DNA of 64,000 nt from Candidatus Magasanikiibacteriota bacterium (lineage in GTDB: Bacteria > Patescibacteriota > Patescibacteriia > Magasanikbacterales > GWA2-37-8), in contig JBAYHH010000001.1 of assembly GCA_041666265.1 (NCBI GenBank), forward strand, positions 72,056-136,055, in the 5' to 3' direction. The number at the start of each line of letters is the position of its first letter. The first letter of the stretch is position 1. Positions 58,199-64,000 of this stretch are shown piece after piece. The notes under the pieces were generated by a model, which was not told the origin of the DNA, searched no databases, and saw only the letters and a list, made by a program, of their open reading frames with translations. The translations under genes and the position numbers were made by a program.

Positions 58199-58873
58199 AT
58201 GGCAACCGGAAAACTCTATATCGTCGCCACGCCAATCGGCAATTTTGGCGATATTACACTACGAGCACTCGAAACGCTAAAAAGCGTTGATTTGGTATTG
58301 TGCGAAGATACCCGCATGACCAGGCGCCTGCTTGACCACTACGCGATTGAGAAGCCGACCAAAAGCTATCATCAGCATAGTACTGCTCGAGATGTCAAAG
58401 ATATCGTCGCTATATTGGAGCAAGGTAGTGATTTGGCGCTTGTTACCGATGCCGGCACACCAGGTATTTCTGATCCCGGCAATCTCTTGATCAAAGCGCT
58501 TGTGCATAGCGCGCCCGCTATCGCGATTGTGCCGATCCCCGGTCCATCGGCCGTGATTGCAGCGTTGTCAATTTCCGGTTTTGCGACCGATAAGTTTGTC
58601 TTCATGGGTTTCCCGCCTCATAAAAATAAACGCCAAAAATATTTCAAAGAGGTGGCGATCCAAGATCATACCGTGGTATTTTACGAATCCGGTCATCGGA
58701 TCGCGAAGTGCATTACCGAATTATCCGAAGTACTGGATCCTCATTGTCAAATCATGGTTGGGCGAGAATTAACTAAAATGTTTGAAACCATTTATCGTGG
58801 TAACATTGCTGAAATCATAGCGCAAAAAATTGACGAAAGAGGGGAATTTGTTGTAGTGATATCTCAAAAATAA
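58199..58873 (+). CDS. rsmI: 16S rRNA (cytidine1402-2'-O)-methyltransferase RsmI
   Basis: LYIVATPIGNFGDITLRALETLKSVDLVLCEDTR tetrapyrrole-methylase-fold N-terminus typical of RsmI. Confidence 0.85.
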   Translation: MATGKLYIVATPIGNFGDITLRALETLKSVDLVLCEDTRMTRRLLDHYAIEKPTKSYHQHSTARDVKDIVAILEQGSDLALVTDAGTPGISDPGNLLIKALVHSAPAIAIVPIPGPSAVIAALSISGFATDKFVFMGFPPHKNKRQKYFKEVAIQDHTVVFYESGHRIAKCITELSEVLDPHCQIMVGRELTKMFETIYRGNIAEIIAQKIDERGEFVVVISQK

Positions 58874-58946
58874 ATTTAAATATTAATGTTACCGCGAAAA
58901 TGATTTTTTCTATATCGGATATTTGATTTTTTATTTTTGATTTATT

Positions 58947-60485
58947 ATGTCGAAATACTATCTCACCACCACTTTACCATATGTGAATGCCAAGCCCCAT
59001 ATCGGTCATGCTTTGGAATTTATCCAAGCTGATGTTTTGGCCCGTTATCACATGCTTTTGGGTGACGAGGTTATTTTTAATACCGGCACCGACGAACATG
59101 GGGTAAAAATTTATCGCAAAGCGATCGAAGAGGGCAAAGATCCGCAGGCCTATTGCGATGAATACGCGGCTAAATTTGACGCTCTTAAATCGGCTTTTAA
59201 TTTGAGTTACAACAAATTCATTCGCACTACCGATGCTCATCATATTACCGGCGCGCAGGAATTTTGGAAACGCTGTGAGCAGAACGGTGATATTTATAAA
59301 AAACAATACCAGGTTAAATATTGCGTTGGCTGTGAATTGGAAAAAACCGATTCGGAGCTCGTCGATGGCAAATGCCCTGTCCATCCCAATCTCGAACTCG
59401 ATTTAATTGATGAAGAAAATTATTTTTTTCGTTTTTCGAAATTTCAACAACCGCTTTTGGATTTTTACGATAGTCATCCGGATTTTGTAGTGCCGGCCAA
59501 TCGCCTGCTCGAGATTCGCAATTTCGTCTCTTCCGGTCTGCAAGATTTTTCGATTTCGCGTCTCAAATCCAAGATGCCTTGGGGGATCGCTGTGCCCGGA
59601 GACGAATCACAAGTAATGTATGTTTGGTTTGACGCGCTCGCGAATTATATCACCACTTTGGGTTGGCCCGAAGATGTCCAAACTTTTAATGATTTTTGGC
59701 CGGGTTATCAGATGGCCGGCAAAGACAATCTGCGTCAACAATCCGCGATGTGGCAAGCGATGTTGCTCTCGGCCAAGCTCCCGCCCTCGAAACAAATTTT
59801 TATTCACGGCTTCATCACTTCCGGCGGACAAAAGATGAGTAAGTCGCTCGGCAATGTTATCGACCCGATGGATCTGGTCGCCAAGTATGGGACAGACGCG
59901 GTGCGGTATTATTTGCTCGGGGCGGTGCCGTCCTATGACGATGGCGATGTGACTGATGAAAAAATCGCCGAATTTTTTAACGCGCAATTGGCCAACGGGA
60001 TCGGTAATTTAAATTCGCGCATCATGACGATGGTGGAAAAATTTCAAATAAAAAATGAAATAACCGGCCGCGAGCCGGCAATTGCAAATATCAAAAATTC
60101 GAATAATAGTTATATAGCAAAATCAGTCGCCATTTTTTGGAATAAATATCTCGTTGCCATTGATAGGTATCAATTTGATAACATATGTGATGAAATTAGA
60201 ATTTTGACGGCTATTTTAGACGGGGTTATTTCTGAACAGAAACCATGGGAGAAAGATAAAAAAGGTGAAGATATTTCCGGATTACTTTATGAGATGGCGG
60301 AGGCTTTGCGCCACATCGGCGTAGCCCTTCTGCCGATTATGCCGGCTACCGCCGAAAAGATTTTAGCCCAATTTGGCATTACCGTTGATTGGAAAAATTT
60401 TGATTGGCAGAGCGCGATCAAATGGGGTGGACTTGGATCCGGGAACAAAATCACCAAGTGTAGCGCTCTTTTCCCGCGATTGTAG
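58947..60485 (+). CDS. metG: methionyl-tRNA synthetase (short form without C-terminal tRNA-binding domain)
   Basis: HIGH motif PHIGHALE, zinc knuckle CVGCE...C..H, KMSKS. Confidence 0.9.
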   Translation: MSKYYLTTTLPYVNAKPHIGHALEFIQADVLARYHMLLGDEVIFNTGTDEHGVKIYRKAIEEGKDPQAYCDEYAAKFDALKSAFNLSYNKFIRTTDAHHITGAQEFWKRCEQNGDIYKKQYQVKYCVGCELEKTDSELVDGKCPVHPNLELDLIDEENYFFRFSKFQQPLLDFYDSHPDFVVPANRLLEIRNFVSSGLQDFSISRLKSKMPWGIAVPGDESQVMYVWFDALANYITTLGWPEDVQTFNDFWPGYQMAGKDNLRQQSAMWQAMLLSAKLPPSKQIFIHGFITSGGQKMSKSLGNVIDPMDLVAKYGTDAVRYYLLGAVPSYDDGDVTDEKIAEFFNAQLANGIGNLNSRIMTMVEKFQIKNEITGREPAIANIKNSNNSYIAKSVAIFWNKYLVAIDRYQFDNICDEIRILTAILDGVISEQKPWEKDKKGEDISGLLYEMAEALRHIGVALLPIMPATAEKILAQFGITVDWKNFDWQSAIKWGGLGSGNKITKCSALFPRL

Positions 60486-60555
60486 GTAAATTATTTGTAA
60501 GCAATGTCGTGTTACATATATTTAATTTTTGATTTAATATTTTTGATATAATCAT

Positions 60556-61080
60556 ATGTCGTATTTCGACATCGCGCTCATCGTCATCATCGCCGGTTTT
60601 GGATTTTACGGATTGTGGCGGGGGATTGTCTATGTTTTGATTTCCCTCGCGGGCTTGGTGGCGTCTTTGTATTTAGCCGTGAGATATTACGATGTGGGCG
60701 CGGCGTGGCTTATGAGTATCACCGGGTGGCAAGCGAATTTTTCCAAAGTGATTATTTTTGTTATTTCATTTATTGTCATTAATCGCTTGGTAGTGCTCAT
60801 ATTCTGGTTTATAAATAAAGCTCTCACCGCCATTACCCATTTGCCGATTATTCGGGGGCTCGATCGTTTGGCTGGATTTCTATTTGGAGTCGTTGAGGGA
60901 GCTTTGACCCTTGGAGTGATTTTCTATTTTATTGCGCGTTTTCCACTGGGTGAATCGTTCATGGGTTGGATGAGCAGTTCTATTATTGTCCCACATACCG
61001 TCACTATGGCCGGTGTATTTCTTCCTCTTATTCCCGATGCCCTGAAAACCATCAGGAGCACTATCGAAGGATTGTTGTAA
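60556..61080 (+). CDS. cvpA: CvpA-family membrane protein
   Basis: four TM helices; MSYFDIALIVIIAGFGFYGLWRG N-terminus typical of colicin V production protein family. Confidence 0.7.
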   Translation: MSYFDIALIVIIAGFGFYGLWRGIVYVLISLAGLVASLYLAVRYYDVGAAWLMSITGWQANFSKVIIFVISFIVINRLVVLIFWFINKALTAITHLPIIRGLDRLAGFLFGVVEGALTLGVIFYFIARFPLGESFMGWMSSSIIVPHTVTMAGVFLPLIPDALKTIRSTIEGLL

Positions 61081-61088
61081 TACATCAA

Positions 61089-62906
61089 ATGAAAAAATTA
61101 TTTTTGATTGTCTGCGCATTAGTATTTTTGACCGGATGTAATAGTCCGATTGTTTATGACAATTTGAATAATGGTCCAACTTTACAAAAGAAAACGAAAG
61201 GAATAGTACAGACATCAATTGAAACCTATCAAATAATACCCGGCGGAAATGAGTCGTTATACGATCGCGCTTTTCAAAATCGCTTACCGGCGGGGGACCT
61301 GGGGACTATTCGGGGTGGCATTGTGCCTCATCATTTGGTTGCGGGATATATTCCGGCTACTTTTTTTGAATATATTGGCCGACAAAAACCATCAACCATT
61401 GTGCTCTTTTCTCCCAATCACCGGCGCGCCGGACCAGGCAATATTATCACTGGCATCGTAGATTGGCAGACGGCTTACGGGGTCGTCAATGTCGATCGCA
61501 ACATTATATCAAAATTAAACGATGCATCGGTTTTAAAAATTGATGAAAAAACCATGGCTGATGAGCACGGTATTTATGGGCTTTTGCCGATTATTGCAAA
61601 GACCAATCCGTCAGTCAAAATTGTTCCGATATTATTTGACTGGGATACGCCGACCAGTTCAATCGACGCCTTGCTGGCGAAGCTTTTTCCACTTTTACCA
61701 AGAGACACCATATTTGTCGGATCAGTGGATTTTTCGCATTATCAGACTTGGCCGGTGGCCAATTTTCATGATGAGTATACGCGCAGTGTAATTCGCAATT
61801 TTGATTTTGACCACATATGGGATACAGAAATTGACTCACATCCCAGTGTTTACGCCTTACTGCGATCAATGGAGCATGTGGGCGCGCAAAAGATCGTCAA
61901 TGAAATCAACGATAACTCCGCTTCATTGTTTGGTCGATCGGATATCCCAGAGACTACCAGCTATTATAGCCCTTGGTTTACCGACGGACACCGGTCAACA
62001 AATTCCGACATGGTCTCGCTGCTTTTTTTTGGTGATATGATGCTTGATCGAAGTGTGAAAATACGAATCGATGAACACGGTCCGGATTGGATATTTGAGA
62101 AATTGGCTGGGGGAGAAGGCAGGTTTTTCACGGGGACAAATTTTGTTCACGCCAATCTCGAAGGCCCGTTTGCCGATAGTCGTCGCGCTACCACCAAAAC
62201 AATTGCTTTTCGTTTTGATCCGTTTTTGATTCCGACTTTAAAAAAATATCATTTTAATATTTTTACGGTAGCCAACAATCATACTCTCGACATGAGCGCG
62301 GCCGGACTGCAAGAGAGTTTGGTCAATTTGGACAAAGCCAATATCGACCACTATGGCGACGGCTACGGTATCGGCAAAGACGCCGTCATATTTAAAGATG
62401 TTAATGGTATCCGCCTCGCTTTTGTGGGTTTTAACGATACATATTTTAGATTGAAAAAAGATGAAATTTTCTCAACAATAAAAGACGCGAAGTTAAAATC
62501 AACGAGAGTGATTGTAAATATTCATTGGGGTGATGAATACCAAGAAATAAGTAATACTAATCAGCGAGATTTGGCGCATCTGATGATCGATGCTGGCGCG
62601 GACATTATCATTGGCCACCATCCTCATGTGGTGCAAGAGATGGAGATTTATAAGAATCGCCCGATTTTTTATTCACTTGGTAACTTTGTCTTTGATCAAT
62701 ATTTTTCCATACCTACCCAACAAGGTCTCGCGGTCGGTATCAATCTGACCACTTCGACGATATCGGCATATGTATTTCCGCTTCAATCTGCAAAAAGTCA
62801 AATCAGTCAAATGAATTATATCGACGCCCTTCGGTACTTGAATGAGTGGCAAAACAAGAGTAGGATTAACTCAAAGGCATTTAGTAATTTTAATATCACT
62901 ATATGA
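61089..62906 (+). CDS. lipoprotein fusing an N-terminal Memo/AmmeMemoRadiSam-B-like domain to a C-terminal CapA/PGA_cap metallophosphatase-like domain
   Basis: lipobox LTGC; GIVPHHLVAGY...LFSPNH (Memo-like His cluster); LLFFGDMMLDRS, HWGDEYQE, IIGHHPHVVQE (CapA-type metallophosphoesterase motifs). Confidence 0.6.
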   Translation: MKKLFLIVCALVFLTGCNSPIVYDNLNNGPTLQKKTKGIVQTSIETYQIIPGGNESLYDRAFQNRLPAGDLGTIRGGIVPHHLVAGYIPATFFEYIGRQKPSTIVLFSPNHRRAGPGNIITGIVDWQTAYGVVNVDRNIISKLNDASVLKIDEKTMADEHGIYGLLPIIAKTNPSVKIVPILFDWDTPTSSIDALLAKLFPLLPRDTIFVGSVDFSHYQTWPVANFHDEYTRSVIRNFDFDHIWDTEIDSHPSVYALLRSMEHVGAQKIVNEINDNSASLFGRSDIPETTSYYSPWFTDGHRSTNSDMVSLLFFGDMMLDRSVKIRIDEHGPDWIFEKLAGGEGRFFTGTNFVHANLEGPFADSRRATTKTIAFRFDPFLIPTLKKYHFNIFTVANNHTLDMSAAGLQESLVNLDKANIDHYGDGYGIGKDAVIFKDVNGIRLAFVGFNDTYFRLKKDEIFSTIKDAKLKSTRVIVNIHWGDEYQEISNTNQRDLAHLMIDAGADIIIGHHPHVVQEMEIYKNRPIFYSLGNFVFDQYFSIPTQQGLAVGINLTTSTISAYVFPLQSAKSQISQMNYIDALRYLNEWQNKSRINSKAFSNFNITI

Positions 62907-64000
62907 GCAATATCCGTTTTAGTAAGCAGCAGTGGATTTCGACCGGTCTTGGCCTGGTAATTTTAGTGAGTGTCTTAGCGATATTTTCTTATCGTTACTG
63001 GCAAGGAACCAAGCAGTTGATTGCGACGACCGGCATACCCCAGACAATCAATCCGGCTGATCTATCGACCGCCGAGAAACAAAAAGCGCAAGCCGATCAA
63101 GATGAACGACAAAAACAAATGGCCTACTACGAAGATTTACGCATGAGCGCCACCACCACCGTCGGCGCCGACACCGTCGGTAAATATTTGGAAAAAAATT
63201 CAGTCAAGGATTATTCGCAAAATTTTCCAAATTTGAAAATTGATTGGAATGCCAAACCGGTAGTTTATGGCGATCAACAGACAATCGATTTTTTGTCTAA
63301 AAGTATTTCGGATTATTCGAGTGTGCTCGCCGATTTCAACAAAAATTGCTGTGTTGGCACTAAGTGTTCCATCATCAGTACTCCACCACTTTGCACTCAT
63401 ATCAATGTCATTGAAATGGGCAAGGTTGGGTCACCCGGTACATTATCTGGGAAAGTGGTTTATCTTATCCAATTTCCACCTTATTTTCAAGACATGTTTG
63501 GAGAGGATGGTGGAAAGTTAGCCGTATTTGACGACCAATCGAAAAAATTTATTCAATTGACCGCAAATATTTCAGATATATTTACTCGTGATCCGGTTCG
63601 ATTTGTGGACGGTCTTAAGTATAGTTTAAATTCCGGCGGTCCAATCATGTACTTTGAGCTCAATGACCGCCGTTGGTTTTCCGGTGTAATAGATTTTGAT
63701 TATGATTATCGCGAATTTTTTGATTTTCCGGCGTTTTTAACTATTCCCGACAAGAGTATTCGTTTAATGTATTTTCAAAAAACAGACTGTTCGGAGTCGG
63801 GTGGAAGCAGTTGTGGGATTGGCTCGCTAAATAGCGACCGTCTCAATATTTTAGAAAGTTTGTCTGATAAACAATTGGTTTATAGCGATGACAAACTGGG
63901 TACAATGTATTTTACGACCAGTTGTTTCAAGCTGGTGATGCCCAATGGATCGGTCGGTAGTTATGAATTGGTGCCGCCGTTCTTTAAAAATGTAAATTCG
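62903..64000 (+). CDS. hypothetical membrane-anchored, Cys-containing extracytoplasmic protein (3' truncated at window edge)
   Basis: ATGA overlap with the previous gene; N-terminal TM; frame open to the end of the window. Confidence 0.5.
   Translation, partial: MSNIRFSKQQWISTGLGLVILVSVLAIFSYRYWQGTKQLIATTGIPQTINPADLSTAEKQKAQADQDERQKQMAYYEDLRMSATTTVGADTVGKYLEKNSVKDYSQNFPNLKIDWNAKPVVYGDQQTIDFLSKSISDYSSVLADFNKNCCVGTKCSIISTPPLCTHINVIEMGKVGSPGTLSGKVVYLIQFPPYFQDMFGEDGGKLAVFDDQSKKFIQLTANISDIFTRDPVRFVDGLKYSLNSGGPIMYFELNDRRWFSGVIDFDYDYREFFDFPAFLTIPDKSIRLMYFQKTDCSESGGSSCGIGSLNSDRLNILESLSDKQLVYSDDKLGTMYFTTSCFKLVMPNGSVGSYELVPPFFKNVNS

Noticed and set aside
57871-58290. 139-aa plus-strand ORF rich in Arg/Ser/Thr
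   Set aside because: It is the off-frame of a GC-rich stretch, runs into the rsmI coding region in the wrong frame, and has no coding-like periodicity.

Overview
This looks like a 64-kb chromosomal segment from a small-genome, Patescibacteria/CPR-like bacterium. Genes are short and tightly packed, Shine-Dalgarno sequences are largely absent, ATGA-type start/stop overlaps are common, some transcripts appear leaderless, and type IV pilus genes sit alongside two T4SS coupling-protein-like ATPases. GC content is mid-range (~47%, estimated by eye, not computed).

Most of the window is housekeeping. Recognisable genes include murG (3' part), mreB, holB, frr, glyQS, an M16 peptidase, tpiA, a Mur ligase, an FtsB-like protein, a parvulin PPIase, ftsEX, dnaX, cysS, pilM, a pilin, pilD, ligA, rplU, recR, ybaB, dnaB, a HIT protein, uppP, thiI, an Rrf2-iscS-iscU-ferredoxin operon, rsmI, metG and cvpA. 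Six tRNA genes are present: Lys(UUU, minus), Gly(CCC), Thr(CGU), Gln(UUG), Gln(CUG, minus) and Pro(GGG). No rRNA, CRISPR array or transposase was seen.

Two AT-rich accessory segments next to tRNA genes stand out:
- An island between tRNA-Gly and tRNA-Thr (19.15-23.42 kb). It carries an XRE-type controller protein, a RadC(JAB/MPN)::C5-cytosine methyltransferase fusion, a tightly coupled putative restriction endonuclease, and a Cas4-like Fe-S PD-(D/E)xK nuclease. A 12-nt GCTGTGGATAAG motif occurs at the operator of the controller gene and again 8 nt upstream of the nuclease's internal Met codon (22540), 90 nt inside the CDS as called here.
- A segment bracketed by two inverted tRNA-Gln genes (25.16-29.33 kb). 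It carries an FkbM-methyltransferase/GT-B glycosyltransferase operon, a 60-nt perfect palindrome with a G-quadruplex-capable tract, and a convergent GHKL-ATPase + DUF4325 (STAS-like) pair of unknown function.

Other points worth a second look: a 59-aa ferredoxin missing from the ORF track, a GC-rich ~460-nt stretch open in four of six frames, a Memo::CapA fusion lipoprotein, a standalone PPDK ATP-grasp domain protein, and two paralogous T4CP/HerA-like ATPases.
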